From the IMG/VR virus record IMGVR_UViG_3300033518_000070, positions 1-30,133 of that record: DNA of 30,133 nt; one strand, written 5' to 3'. The notes under the pieces were generated by a model that did no database searches, was not told the DNA's origin, and was given only the letters and a program-made list of their open reading frames with translations. A program made the translations under genes and the position numbers. This DNA comes from a virus. Its lineage: Duplodnaviria; Caudoviricetes. Below, in pieces: positions 15,494-26,342 of the stretch; the first letter of the stretch is position 1, and every line of letters starts with the position of its first letter.

Positions 15494-16762
15494 ATGAAAA
15501 GAAAACCATTTAATTTAAGAGAAGCACTATCAAAACAGGGTGCAGAATTAGAAGAAACACAATTGAGATTTATTACAGCTTTTGAAACAGCATTAAATTC
15601 ACAATTAGAAGAGCAAGACGAGGAAACAGAAAAGCGTTATAGCGAAAAAATGACTGATGCAATGAGAAGCGCGTTAGGTGAAATGCCAAAGGGAGAAGAT
15701 GGCAATGTTCAAACAATTGCCGACCAAATCCGTTCAATTGCCTTGGCTTTGGATAAAGTAGAACAAAGAAGTATTAGACAGCTTGGTGATGTTGAAAAAT
15801 TCCAATTACGTAAATTACTAGAGAAAAATAGTGAGCAAATAAGACAAGCTATAAAAAGCGGTCAAGACTTTGAATTTTCTTTTGATGCAAAACGAGCACC
15901 ACAAGGTCAATTAGATACTACTACGTATGGTAATTCAATTACTATGCCTAATCTTGAGAACTATGCTTTTGACAATGATATTGCCAAAATCAGGTATCCA
16001 GAGAATTTTATGTTAAATGTGATTCGCAACCGTCAAGTATCAAAAGTGCCTCAACAAATAATTAAAACAGAGCAAGAGCCAACGGCTGGAGCTGTTGAAG
16101 TAGTTGAAGAGGGTGGAACAAAACCACTATTGACATATCAATTCGTAAGAACAACAACCGACCGAGTAAAATATGCAGGACGTATCGAATGGTCAGAGGA
16201 GTTTGAAATGGATAATGATAGGTTATTTAGTGAAATTATCGCAATGTTTGAAGATGACGTTTTACGAGCTTGGCAAGATGGGTTAATTAACACTATTGAA
16301 ATAAACGCTGTGCCATACACTTCTTCTGCCTTGGATGGCACATTATTAGTTGCTGATAATGGTATAGCAACGGTTGCGGCTGCTTCTGTAATTGATGGCA
16401 TGAATTATAATGCGGACACGGTTATTATGAACCCAGCTGATGTAGTAGCCACAATGTTTACACAGGATGCGGATGGCAATTGGAGATTAGTACCTTACTT
16501 AATGAATGGAACTATAAACGGAATGCGTTTAATATCAACAAATAAAATGTCACAGGGCATGGCTTTAATTGGAGATTCATCAACATACCGAGAAATTCAC
16601 AGCGGTTATATTCTTCGTTTTGGTATGTATAATGACCAATTTATTACAAACAAGAAAAGCGCAATCGGTGAGGTGTTTTCTTTGTTGTATATTGCTAAAA
16701 TGGATATGCCTTCTTGGATGTTTATTGACTTAGCATCAGTTAAAGCGTCTTTAACAATTTAA
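15494..16762 (+). CDS. Major capsid protein (HK97 fold, N-terminal coiled-coil delta-like domain)
   Basis: VVEEGGTKP, WSEEFEMD, VIMNPAD...QDADGNW and ALIGD; follows the protease. Confidence 0.9.
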   Translation: MKRKPFNLREALSKQGAELEETQLRFITAFETALNSQLEEQDEETEKRYSEKMTDAMRSALGEMPKGEDGNVQTIADQIRSIALALDKVEQRSIRQLGDVEKFQLRKLLEKNSEQIRQAIKSGQDFEFSFDAKRAPQGQLDTTTYGNSITMPNLENYAFDNDIAKIRYPENFMLNVIRNRQVSKVPQQIIKTEQEPTAGAVEVVEEGGTKPLLTYQFVRTTTDRVKYAGRIEWSEEFEMDNDRLFSEIIAMFEDDVLRAWQDGLINTIEINAVPYTSSALDGTLLVADNGIATVAAASVIDGMNYNADTVIMNPADVVATMFTQDADGNWRLVPYLMNGTINGMRLISTNKMSQGMALIGDSSTYREIHSGYILRFGMYNDQFITNKKSAIGEVFSLLYIAKMDMPSWMFIDLASVKASLTI

Positions 16763-16764
16763 CG

Positions 16765-16797
16765 AAAAACCGCCTAAATTAATAGGCGGTTAATTTT
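16765..16797 (+). terminator. Hairpin / likely terminator after the capsid gene
   Basis: AACCGCCTA-AATTAA-TAGGCGGTT followed by AATTTT. Confidence 0.65.
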
Positions 16798-16815
16798 AAC
16801 ATAAAAATAAAAAAT

Positions 16816-17055
16816 ATGCCAGTATTTAAAATTGCAAAAACAGAAAAAAAAGTAGGTAAGCAAGTAACATTTAACAAAGAAAGTGATTACGTTGCTGTTC
16901 GATTGATGAAAAATGACAAACCGATTGGAGATGTAAAATTGTTGCATCATATTCAAGCTGAAAAATTAATCGAAAAGAAAAAAGCTATAAAGGTAACAAA
17001 TCAAAACATTGAGGAGGTTACACCAGTAGTATCTACAAAAGTGATTGATAAATAA
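16816..17055 (+). CDS. Small basic head-region protein
   Basis: 79-aa ORF after the capsid gene. Confidence 0.6.
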   Translation: MPVFKIAKTEKKVGKQVTFNKESDYVAVRLMKNDKPIGDVKLLHHIQAEKLIEKKKAIKVTNQNIEEVTPVVSTKVIDK

Positions 17056-17072
17056 AAAAAAATCGGGTTTTA

Positions 17073-17576
17073 ATGGGTATAATAGTCAAAATAGGAGATT
17101 TTAACAATGCACCAAACGCCATTAATTCAAACGCTTATCAAAATATTGATATTAACGGGTTGATTGATAGCTTGGAAAAGCCTTATCTAGTACGTATTTT
17201 AGGTCTAGAGTTGGCAGAATTGTATTTACTAGATGTCGATTCTTTTGGCATACCCGTTTCGCCAGGATTTATTGTATTAAACAATCAATTGTTTGTTCAA
17301 AAAGGTAATGGATATATTTATAGTAATGGTATTAAATCCATTTTAAAGGGGTTTATTCGTTCGGAATGGGTAAAAGAGTTGCAGAAACAGCAAGACCCCA
17401 CAGGCTTATCAATTACACGAAAAGAAAACGCCAATTCGTTACGTGAGGCGTCTTATAGTGGGTATAATGAGCAGGTGTTGCAGGTAGATGCTATTCAGTT
17501 GTATTGTAGTGATAATATGGCTACATATCCACTATTTAAAGGTCAAAGATTTAATACAATTAACCCTTTATGGTAA
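17073..17576 (+). CDS. Putative head-tail adaptor/connector
   Basis: Position and size (167 aa), with a YLVRILGLELAELY helix. Confidence 0.5.
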   Translation: MGIIVKIGDFNNAPNAINSNAYQNIDINGLIDSLEKPYLVRILGLELAELYLLDVDSFGIPVSPGFIVLNNQLFVQKGNGYIYSNGIKSILKGFIRSEWVKELQKQQDPTGLSITRKENANSLREASYSGYNEQVLQVDAIQLYCSDNMATYPLFKGQRFNTINPLW

Positions 17577-18259
17577 GTTTAACCGATTTGATAAAAGAAA
17601 AGGTTTCTAACATTGATTTAGATATTAAAGTTAGTTCCGTTGTTGGCTCACGTGTTTACGTTTGCAAAACTTTATTTTTATCAATAGGTAAAATCATATC
17701 AGATGAAAACGGATTTTTATATGTTGTAACGGATTTTTTGAATAATGAGTGGGTTGAGTTAGAAAAAGTTACACCGACAGCTCCCATGCCTTATGAGGGT
17801 ACAAAAATAATATGTCAAAAAATACATTTTTTTTCAGGCACGCCAACGTCTGTAAATAATGAGTATCATCAAATGGAAAAACTTGCAGACAATAAGATGC
17901 CAGCCGTTTGGTTAAATGAAACTTATTTAGAAAAAACGTTTGGGCGTGGTTCATCCGTAGAAAGGGAGGTAACACCTCAAATTTTTTTTATGGACCAAGC
18001 AAATGAACAAAGGTGGACGAATGAAGAACAGCACCGCTTAGTATTACAACCGTTAAACAATCTTCAAGAACGTTTTTATGAAACGTTTAAAAAAGATAGG
18101 ATGTTTAAAACAATAATTGAAAACAAAATTATTGAGCGTGCTAGGTTTGGAGTTTATATTGACAATAAAGGTAATGTAAATAAAATAATTAACGAATACG
18201 TGTCAGCGGTAGAAACACAACCGACCCTAATACGTTACAAAAAAGGGTGTGAATGTTAA
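17570..18259 (+). CDS. Putative neck/tail-terminator protein
   Basis: Position immediately before the tail tube gene; no diagnostic motif. Confidence 0.45.
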   Translation: MVSLTDLIKEKVSNIDLDIKVSSVVGSRVYVCKTLFLSIGKIISDENGFLYVVTDFLNNEWVELEKVTPTAPMPYEGTKIICQKIHFFSGTPTSVNNEYHQMEKLADNKMPAVWLNETYLEKTFGRGSSVEREVTPQIFFMDQANEQRWTNEEQHRLVLQPLNNLQERFYETFKKDRMFKTIIENKIIERARFGVYIDNKGNVNKIINEYVSAVETQPTLIRYKKGCEC

Positions 18260-18285
18260 ATATTAATAATTAAAATTTTAAAAAA

Positions 18286-19209
18286 ATGAATGTTTGTGAC
18301 TGCAATGCAGGAATCGAGAATTTAGGAAAACCTGGGTGTATTCCTATTCAAAACGTGACTAGTTCACTTATTTTAGTCCCATTGAAATCCTCAACAGGTG
18401 TAAAAAACGGTATTGATTTATCGACATTTTTGCCTGATTGGAATGATTTGATTATTTCACTTGACCCGTCAACAAGATGGTTTCCTTTGCCACAATTTGA
18501 GGATGTAACAATTCCAAAGGCAGACCCAATAACAGCTGAAGCGGCTAGTGGTAGAAAAGCAAAGTTACGAGATGGAAAAAGGTCTTTTGCTGGGGATTTA
18601 TGGGAAGAGGATTCAAGCCCTACTTTGTTGGGTAAAATGGAGTCTGCGGGCTGTGTTTCTTTTGGTGTTTATATAGTAGATATTGAGGGAAATTTAATAG
18701 GTTCTTACGATGCGAATGACAATTTTTTATATCCTATTCCAGTTGACAACTCTTCTTGGGATGTAAGATTAATGCTGCCAACTGATTCAGAGCCATCAAA
18801 AATTCATTTAGAGTTTGATTTTTCACGTTTATTCAAGGATTCAACATTAAAAATGTTAACTTCAACAGAAGCAGGCGTTAATTTCAATGAATTAGAGGGG
18901 TTGATTGATGTTATTTTTACTGATGAGCTTGCGTCTGCATCTAATCAAGAAATATCATTTAAAGCGATGTTTGAGTACGGTACGGCGTTAAATCCTATTA
19001 AATATCAAGGAGCTACAAATGTTGGCGACTGGACGGTTAATGTAAACGGCTTAACTGTTTCTTATCCTACATTAGTTGCTGAAGTTTCTCCAGGGTCTTA
19101 TGTTTTAACTATGCTTGCAGGAACGTTTAACGCTGGTGATTTATTGGAGGTTATTGTCATGAAATCAGGTTTTAGCGGTAATGAGGTTAATATATTAGCG
19201 AATATATAA
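18286..19209 (+). CDS. Putative major tail (tube) protein
   Basis: 307 aa, acidic and beta-rich, with a possible Ig-like C-terminus. It lies upstream of the tape measure gene. Confidence 0.6.
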   Translation: MNVCDCNAGIENLGKPGCIPIQNVTSSLILVPLKSSTGVKNGIDLSTFLPDWNDLIISLDPSTRWFPLPQFEDVTIPKADPITAEAASGRKAKLRDGKRSFAGDLWEEDSSPTLLGKMESAGCVSFGVYIVDIEGNLIGSYDANDNFLYPIPVDNSSWDVRLMLPTDSEPSKIHLEFDFSRLFKDSTLKMLTSTEAGVNFNELEGLIDVIFTDELASASNQEISFKAMFEYGTALNPIKYQGATNVGDWTVNVNGLTVSYPTLVAEVSPGSYVLTMLAGTFNAGDLLEVIVMKSGFSGNEVNILANI

Positions 19210-19218
19210 TTTTGAATT

Positions 19219-19431
19219 ATGGAAAAATCATCAGAACAAAAAACTTTGACTATTAAAAAGGGTGTTTTTGGTTTTAATGCAAACGAATTAGTAAAAATGA
19301 AACTTTCTGATGCTTTTAAAGTATTTAGAAACGTTCCAGAAAAGACAATACGTGAAGCTCATGCAGAGGCATTGAAATTGTTAAAAGTTGAAGCGAAAAA
19401 AGACCCTAAAAGCGAATTAGCTAAGGATTAA
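19219..19431 (+). CDS. Small hypothetical tail-region protein
   Basis: 70-aa ORF followed by a terminator. Confidence 0.6.
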   Translation: MEKSSEQKTLTIKKGVFGFNANELVKMKLSDAFKVFRNVPEKTIREAHAEALKLLKVEAKKDPKSELAKD

Positions 19432-19440
19432 TAATTAATG

Positions 19441-19474
19441 AATGCACCTTGTAAAATTATAAGGTGCATTTTTT
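19441..19474 (+). terminator. Intrinsic terminator
   Basis: AATGCACCTT...AAGGTGCATT followed by TTTT. Confidence 0.75.
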
Positions 19475-19483
19475 AAAATATAC

Positions 19484-19936
19484 ATGATTGATTTTTTAGA
19501 TACTAGAATAGGCGAAGTTTTAAAAAAAACTTCATTGCTTTACGATTCAATAGCATGGGTTGAATTATTTACATATGATTTAAAAAAAGAAATTCTACTT
19601 AGTTGGATTCAAAATGACCAATTAATAAAACAGGGTATTGATTCCGAGGGTAATGTAATAGGACATTATTCAGAGGCAACAGAAATAATAAGTGGCGGAC
19701 TAAAAAAGGCAGGCGATAGATATACTTTAAAAGATACAGGGGCTTTTTTTAGTTCAATGTTTATTACTGTTTTTTTTGATTATATTGAAATAGATGCAGA
19801 TTTTGATAAAATGATTAACCAAGAATGGTATCGTGAGCAAATAATCGGTTTAAGTTATGAGAATATTCAAAGGCTTGTTCAAAAAGCAAAATACAACTAT
19901 CCAACCTACGTCCGAAGAGTTTTGGGTATCAATTGA
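19484..19936 (+). CDS. Putative virion morphogenesis/neck protein
   Basis: QLIKQGIDSEG...YS...TLKDTGAFFSSM, similar to virion-morphogenesis family motifs. Confidence 0.5.
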   Translation: MIDFLDTRIGEVLKKTSLLYDSIAWVELFTYDLKKEILLSWIQNDQLIKQGIDSEGNVIGHYSEATEIISGGLKKAGDRYTLKDTGAFFSSMFITVFFDYIEIDADFDKMINQEWYREQIIGLSYENIQRLVQKAKYNYPTYVRRVLGIN

Positions 19937-20393
19937 CGAAATGAAACTTTATAACTGGGTTAAGTGTTTGGATGGTGATTTAAGATATGTACGAAAATCG
20001 GTAAAATTCGACCAATTAGAATTAAGCAGTGATTTAGATAAATGGTTAACGTTATACGACCAATATTTACAAAGGTTTGGATTTAATGAAAAATATTTAA
20101 AAGTATTAAAGCTATTAAAGAATATTGCAATTTTAGAACTTAAATGGGTTCTTACACGTGATAATTTTATAGAAACAAAGCTAAGTATTGAGCGAGAAAA
20201 ATTAAACTCAATAAATAGAAAAAAACAAAACAGAATTAGCATTGAACGCTCATTGGTTTATATAGGCAAATGGTACGGTTCTCATATAAAAATAAATGAA
20301 ATAACAGTAGCTGAATATGAAGAGTTGACAAAGGCTTACATAGAGGCTAATAAAGAGGTTAGGCAAGAAAAAAACAACAGAAAATCTAAATAA
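19857..20393 (+). CDS. Putative tail assembly chaperone-like protein (start uncertain, 19857 or 19941)
   Basis: Helical ORF directly before the tape measure gene, with an ITVAEYEEL C-terminal motif. Confidence 0.45.
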   Translation: MRIFKGLFKKQNTTIQPTSEEFWVSIDEMKLYNWVKCLDGDLRYVRKSVKFDQLELSSDLDKWLTLYDQYLQRFGFNEKYLKVLKLLKNIAILELKWVLTRDNFIETKLSIEREKLNSINRKKQNRISIERSLVYIGKWYGSHIKINEITVAEYEELTKAYIEANKEVRQEKNNRKSK

Positions 20394-20394
20394 A

Positions 20395-23300
20395 ATGTCA
20401 CAAGTTAAAAGGGAAGAAATATCTGAAAGCGATTTATTCAAAGACGTTCGATTTTCTGCCGTACAAACAATCGAACAAATAAAACTTTTAAATAATGAGA
20501 TTAGAGAAAGTGCAATAATACTTGAAAAAGAATTAGGGTCTGCTATAATTAAGGATACCAAAAGTTTGCAATCTTTTACAAAGGCTATTGGAGATGCTAA
20601 TAAAATGAAAAATCAAAGTATTCAATTAGATAAATTGGAGGCGCAGGCGTTGGATTTGAAGACAAAGTCTGAAATAAATTCTGAAAAATTAAAACAACAA
20701 ACTATAAAAACGGAGCGAGAAATTATAAGAAATTCGCAAATATTAACAAAGCAAAAAGAAGCAGAAGAAAGAGCCAACCAAAAAAATAAAAAAGCTATTG
20801 AAGACAATAATAATGCTTATAAAAAATTAGTTAATTCAACTAGAGAACAAAAGAACGAAAGTAAAAGGTTGGCTATTGAGATGATAAACTTAGCTAATTC
20901 AGGTAAAAGAAACTCAAAAGAATATAAAGAACTAGCTAATACTTATAGAACAGTAACACGTGAAGCGCAGGCAGGTGATAAAGTGTTAAAAAAGATTGAT
21001 TCAACGGTAGGCGATAATTTTAGAAACGTTGGTAATTACTCTAGTGCCGTAAAGGGATTAACTAGAAACATTCAACAATTAGCAGGCGGTTTTGGATTAT
21101 TTACCGCCATACGAGGTTCAGTTCAAACCCTTAGGGATTTTGATGAGGGTTTGGCTGGTATTCAAAAAACAACTGGACTTACAAAAAACGAAGTCAAAGG
21201 GATTGTAGATGAGTTGTTAAAAATAGACACGAGAACGTCTGTAACAGCACTTCAAGAGTTGACAACATCTGCAGGTAGATTGGGCATAACTGGTAAACAA
21301 AATATAATTGATTTTGTAGTGAGTGCAGACCAAGCATTTGTAGCGTTGGGGGATGATTTAGGCGGTACGGCTGATGAAATTGCCACAAATTTGGGTAAAA
21401 TAGCTAGTGTTTTTGGTGATGAAGAAAGATTAGGAATTGGTAAATCTATTACAGTTGTTGGGTCAACATTAAACACGTTGGCGAGTGAATCAAAGGCAAG
21501 CGCAGGAGCGATACTAGATTTTACTAATAGAATGGCGGGGGTTGCTGGTGTTGCAGGAATACCACAAGCAGAAATACAGGCACTAGGGGCGTTATTTGAT
21601 TCTACGGGTCAAAGTGTTGAGGTTGCATCGACTACCTTAAATACTCTATTGCCTAAATTAGCATCAAATCAAAGCGAATATGCAAAGGTAGCTAATATGA
21701 CCGCTGAATCATTTTCTGCATTAATAAAAAACAATCCTATTGAAGCGTTAAAAGCGGTTGCTATTGGTGCAAAGTCGAGTAATGGCGGATTAGATGGATT
21801 AGTGAAAACATTAGGTGATTTTGGCGTCGAGAGTTCTCGTGCGGCTTCGATAGTTGGTATTTTAGCAAATGAGACAGACCAATGGGCAAAATTACAAAAA
21901 ATAGGCAATGAAGAAGCAGAAAAGGCAACGGGATTAAGTAAGGAATTTAACGTGCAAAATAATACACTTAACGCAAATTTAGAAAAATTAGGAAAAGAAT
22001 TTGATAAATATGTGTTAGGGATTAATTCCGCTGGTAATGTGACGGGGTCATTTGGTGATATAATAGGTTTTTTAATAAAAAATCTAGAATTAATAATAGA
22101 TTCAATTATAAAACTAGGAACTTCTTATTTAATATTTACGGCTAGGCAAAAGATTTTAAATAGTGGTTTGATTGACTTTTCAAAAAATTTATTCAAATCA
22201 AAAGATGCCATAAAAGGAGTAGGTGCGGAGCTTACGAATTCTGAATCGGGTGCTAAAAAATTTGCAGGAAGTTTAAAATCAATCGGATGGACGGCTATAA
22301 TAGGTTTAGCTTTTGAATTAGGCACTGAATTATATAGAATAGCAAGCGGAGCGGCTCAGGCGGAGGAAGATATGGCAAGACTAGAAAAGACAACTAATAA
22401 CGCTTTAAAATCAACAGAAAAAAACATAAAAAATATAAAATCTGTATTGAGTTTAAAATTAGAAGATATTGATTTAAAAATTAAAAGTGGTGAGTTAAAA
22501 GATGAAAAAGAGATTTTAAAATTAAAACAAGAAGCTATTGAAATATCTAGTAAAGAATTAAGTAATAATATTGATAGAGTAAGGGAGCGAAAAGATAAAT
22601 ATTTAGCATTAAAAAAGGAAGCTGAATTATTGGCAAAAATTCAATTTTCAGAAAGTAAGGGAGATGCTTTTAAATTATTAAAATCAGAAAAACAAAAGAA
22701 AGCTGAGGAAAGAATTTTAGAAATTCAAAAAGAATTAGGATTGAAAAGCACTAATATTTTTGGCAATGAAAATACAATTTCTGCAGGTGATTTGATAGGA
22801 CAATTGGGCGCAAATATAAATGCTACGAGCAAAAGTATTGAAGCATATAAAAATGAGTTATCGGATTTAGATTTAGAATTAAATAGAAATATTGCATCAA
22901 CAAAAGGACTTGAAAAAGTTAGTTCAAAAGACTTTGAAACAAAAAAAATAAATTCTACAAAAGAAATAAACACCGAATTTAAAAACCAAATTGACTTAAT
23001 TAAGGAGTTGAATAATCAATACGATATATATTTAAAATCCTCTCAAAACATTGAAGCTAGTGATATTTCAGAGCTAATAGCTTCAAAAAATGAATTAATT
23101 GAAGCAGAAAAAACATTGCAAATAAGTAACGGCGAGCGATTTGGAACGGGCAATGATAATAATATTATTGAGTTAATCAATGAACGTAAGGACATTCAAA
23201 TAGAAAATATACAATCGGTAAGAGATTACGAAATAAAGGCGGTTAAAGATGCTAATTTAATACGATTAAATGAAATAAAAAATTCAACTGAAAACGAATA

Positions 23301-24405
23301 TAAAGAACTCATAAAAGGAGCGAACGGCAATAAAAAAGCAATAGCAAAAATAGAACTGAATTATCAAAATGAGCTGAATAAAATAAAGCAAATTGAAATT
23401 GAGTCAGAAAATGTGTTAAATACTCAAATAATCGAGATTAAAAACAATGCAAATAATGAAATATTACAACTGGATAGAGACACGGCAAATGAAATAAAAG
23501 GCGTGCAAAATGAAATAAAAGATTCAAATAAAACGGCAATGGATAAAGCTGTTGAAGATGCTAAGGAAGCAAATGACAAAATTTTAGAAAACGAAAAAGA
23601 AGCGTCCAAGAAACGACAAGAGTTGGCTGGAATGCTTACAGATTATTTAATTAAACAAAGTGATAAAAGAATAGAGGCAATAGATAAAGAAATAAGCGCA
23701 CATGAGGCACAATATGAAGACTTAAAACAAAAGGCTATTAATGGCAATATAAACGCACAAGAATCATTGGAAGAGGAGCATAGGTTGATAAAAGAGGCTA
23801 ATATAGCAAAAATGCGTGAAGAGAAAAGAAAACAACGTATAGAATTAGCATCAACGGCTTTCTCTAGTTATGAAAAGAATATAGAATCAGGAAGCAAAAC
23901 ACCTTTAGCGGACACTATACGAGATATTTCGCTTTTGCAGGCGTTTATTAATTCGATACCCGCTTTTGAGAAAGGAACAGAGGACACGGGTAAAACGGGT
24001 AATGGAATAGACGGCAAGGGCGGTTTTTTATCTGTATTGCATCCAAACGAGGGAGTGATACCAAAAGAATTAAATAAAAAGAAATTAGGCGCAAAACTTA
24101 CAAATGAAAGCGCAATTAATTACGCTATAAAATACAAAGAAATTATTAAAGAAAATTCAAATATGAATATAAATGATGTTTCTAGTAATATTTTAAATAA
24201 TTCAAATGATGGATGGAAAAATATTGAGCTTTATAGTCAAATTAATGGATTAAAAACGAAGATGGATGAGGTTGTAAAAGCTATTGAAAATAAGCAAGAA
24301 ACTACCATAGATATTGAAAAGGTTATTGATGGCACTTTATGGCTATCAAAACAAACGAAAAAAGGCAATTTATTAATTAATAACCGTTATAGGTTTAAGG
24401 GATGA
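20395..24405 (+). CDS. Tail tape measure protein (TP901-type core)
   Basis: 1336 aa with long coiled coils, an FDEGLAGIQKTTG...AGRLGI core, a hydrophobic central segment and a C-terminal FEKG...LHPNEGVIP motif. Confidence 0.9.
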   Translation: MSQVKREEISESDLFKDVRFSAVQTIEQIKLLNNEIRESAIILEKELGSAIIKDTKSLQSFTKAIGDANKMKNQSIQLDKLEAQALDLKTKSEINSEKLKQQTIKTEREIIRNSQILTKQKEAEERANQKNKKAIEDNNNAYKKLVNSTREQKNESKRLAIEMINLANSGKRNSKEYKELANTYRTVTREAQAGDKVLKKIDSTVGDNFRNVGNYSSAVKGLTRNIQQLAGGFGLFTAIRGSVQTLRDFDEGLAGIQKTTGLTKNEVKGIVDELLKIDTRTSVTALQELTTSAGRLGITGKQNIIDFVVSADQAFVALGDDLGGTADEIATNLGKIASVFGDEERLGIGKSITVVGSTLNTLASESKASAGAILDFTNRMAGVAGVAGIPQAEIQALGALFDSTGQSVEVASTTLNTLLPKLASNQSEYAKVANMTAESFSALIKNNPIEALKAVAIGAKSSNGGLDGLVKTLGDFGVESSRAASIVGILANETDQWAKLQKIGNEEAEKATGLSKEFNVQNNTLNANLEKLGKEFDKYVLGINSAGNVTGSFGDIIGFLIKNLELIIDSIIKLGTSYLIFTARQKILNSGLIDFSKNLFKSKDAIKGVGAELTNSESGAKKFAGSLKSIGWTAIIGLAFELGTELYRIASGAAQAEEDMARLEKTTNNALKSTEKNIKNIKSVLSLKLEDIDLKIKSGELKDEKEILKLKQEAIEISSKELSNNIDRVRERKDKYLALKKEAELLAKIQFSESKGDAFKLLKSEKQKKAEERILEIQKELGLKSTNIFGNENTISAGDLIGQLGANINATSKSIEAYKNELSDLDLELNRNIASTKGLEKVSSKDFETKKINSTKEINTEFKNQIDLIKELNNQYDIYLKSSQNIEASDISELIASKNELIEAEKTLQISNGERFGTGNDNNIIELINERKDIQIENIQSVRDYEIKAVKDANLIRLNEIKNSTENEYKELIKGANGNKKAIAKIELNYQNELNKIKQIEIESENVLNTQIIEIKNNANNEILQLDRDTANEIKGVQNEIKDSNKTAMDKAVEDAKEANDKILENEKEASKKRQELAGMLTDYLIKQSDKRIEAIDKEISAHEAQYEDLKQKAINGNINAQESLEEEHRLIKEANIAKMREEKRKQRIELASTAFSSYEKNIESGSKTPLADTIRDISLLQAFINSIPAFEKGTEDTGKTGNGIDGKGGFLSVLHPNEGVIPKELNKKKLGAKLTNESAINYAIKYKEIIKENSNMNINDVSSNILNNSNDGWKNIELYSQINGLKTKMDEVVKAIENKQETTIDIEKVIDGTLWLSKQTKKGNLLINNRYRFKG

Positions 24406-26141
24406 AACATTTTTTAAATGGAATACAAATTTCTCCTAGAAATATTGGTGAAATTGGTATAATAAGCGATTTTACCAATAGACCAGATGAATTGGAGTTA
24501 AATGTAAGTACTATTGTATTAACACGTGAGGCGTTTAATATTGTAAAGGATTTTATATTACAAAAAGGCTTTTTTGAAGGGTTGCCTTATTATGTTCAAA
24601 GTAGTTCGGGAATAACAATTGATTACTATGTAGACTTACAAGAAAGCCCCGTTTTTAGAGATTTTGAAGTCGAAGTGAAAATAAAAAAACGGTTCGGAAA
24701 AGATAGTTTTAGGGAGCAAGCATCGGGAACTAGTTTTGAATTAATGGTAAAAAAGGGGGTTAGTTTTAATCCATTTGATTTGCCTTATATAATTGTAAAA
24801 GATAATCAAGCGGAACTAGCTTTAACGTTAGCGATTTCGCTTTATGTTATGGGAAAAGAACTAATCGACCAAGTCAAAATATTAATATCAACAGTAACCG
24901 ATTTAATAGGTGCAGTAACTCCCAATGTAGGTTTAGGGGTTACTTTTGACGTGGGAGATATTATAGGTTTAGTTTTAAAGGTTGTTGCTCAAATTGCTTT
25001 TGTAGCTTTGATGATTACAGCTATAATAAAACTAGGTCAGCAACTTTTTGATTTGATTTTTCCTAAAATTCGATATTTAAAAGCGACAAAGGTAAAAGAA
25101 TTAATTGAAAAGGGATGTAATTTTTTAAATTATAGCTTTAAATCTACATTATTAGATAATTTGTCAGCATTAACTATTTTGCCAGTACCATTGAAAAAAC
25201 AATCTAAAAAATGGTTTGAATTTACACAAAACGAACTTAATCAATCATTTAACAAAGGATACCCAACGGCAAGTGATACGACACCAACTTTAATGAGTTT
25301 AATTGAAGCAATGGAAAATACACTTTATGCAGAAATGAGAATAATTAACAATGTTGTATATTTAGAAAATGATTCTTATTGGCAAAATATAAGTCAAAAC
25401 TCAATTAATACAGCAATGAACTTGCAAAATGAACGAGATAATGAATACACGGTAAATACATTAGAGGCTTGGAAGAGGTTGTATATCCATTATGTTGCAG
25501 ATATAACAGACTTGCATACATACGATGATTTTGAGGGTAACGAGGCTGAATATAGCACCGAGCCATTAGGTGTAGATAGTCAGGAATTAATAACCATAAG
25601 CGGTTTAAATGAAGTTTCCATCCCCTTTGCAATGGGTAAACGAAAAGATAAATTAAACTGGTTAGAGGAGCGAGTAAAAGAGTTATTTGATGTAATTGAT
25701 GAGGTTAGTAGTGTTTTTGGTGGCGGTACGTCATTAGCTAGTAAAATAGAGAACAGAAAGGGCGTATTAATGCTTTCACAACAGTATTTTCAAACCACAA
25801 AACTACTTTATACAATTGGAGGGAAACAACCACAAAACTACTTGAATTACATTAGTGCTGGAGCACTTTATAATAAATTTCATTATCTTAGCCAAATTCA
25901 ATTAAGAGGTGCTAAAATTTACCAAAATGCAAGGGTATTAATGAATGATGAACAGTTCCAAAATTTATTGATAAATAATTATGCTGATATTAATGGTGAT
26001 ATTTGCGAAATTTTAAGAGTAGAATTTTTAGATATTGACACAAGTAGTACAGGTGCTAATAAATCAATGGCTACAATTAGCTACAAAAAACCTTATAACT
26101 ATGCTAGTGGCAAAGTACAAACAATAACAATAAATAATTAA
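24402..26141 (+). CDS. Putative tail tip/hub protein
   Basis: 579 aa, ATGA-coupled to the tape measure gene, with an internal hydrophobic helical segment. Confidence 0.55.
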   Translation: MKHFLNGIQISPRNIGEIGIISDFTNRPDELELNVSTIVLTREAFNIVKDFILQKGFFEGLPYYVQSSSGITIDYYVDLQESPVFRDFEVEVKIKKRFGKDSFREQASGTSFELMVKKGVSFNPFDLPYIIVKDNQAELALTLAISLYVMGKELIDQVKILISTVTDLIGAVTPNVGLGVTFDVGDIIGLVLKVVAQIAFVALMITAIIKLGQQLFDLIFPKIRYLKATKVKELIEKGCNFLNYSFKSTLLDNLSALTILPVPLKKQSKKWFEFTQNELNQSFNKGYPTASDTTPTLMSLIEAMENTLYAEMRIINNVVYLENDSYWQNISQNSINTAMNLQNERDNEYTVNTLEAWKRLYIHYVADITDLHTYDDFEGNEAEYSTEPLGVDSQELITISGLNEVSIPFAMGKRKDKLNWLEERVKELFDVIDEVSSVFGGGTSLASKIENRKGVLMLSQQYFQTTKLLYTIGGKQPQNYLNYISAGALYNKFHYLSQIQLRGAKIYQNARVLMNDEQFQNLLINNYADINGDICEILRVEFLDIDTSSTGANKSMATISYKKPYNYASGKVQTITINN

Positions 26142-26144
26142 AAA

Positions 26145-26342
26145 ATGGACGATATTTTAAATCAAATGAGAGAATCATCAAACAATTTAGAAAAATCACT
26201 ATCTAAATTGTTTGAAAGAATACCAAACGATGCAAAAATAAAAATTCCAAATGAATTAAAAGACATAGATAGTATTTTTAAGGCGTTAAAAGAAAATGAT
26301 TTCGACAGCTTAAATAAATTAAATAATAAATATGCCAGTTAG
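26145..26342 (+). CDS. Small hypothetical protein
   Basis: 65-aa helical ORF within the operon. Confidence 0.55.
   Translation: MDDILNQMRESSNNLEKSLSKLFERIPNDAKIKIPNELKDIDSIFKALKENDFDSLNKLNNKYAS

Noticed and set aside
19857-19936. Programmed -1 frameshift (lambda G/GT-like) in the 80-bp overlap
   Set aside because: The second ORF is in the +1 frame relative to the first, and there is no correctly phased XXXYYYZ heptamer.
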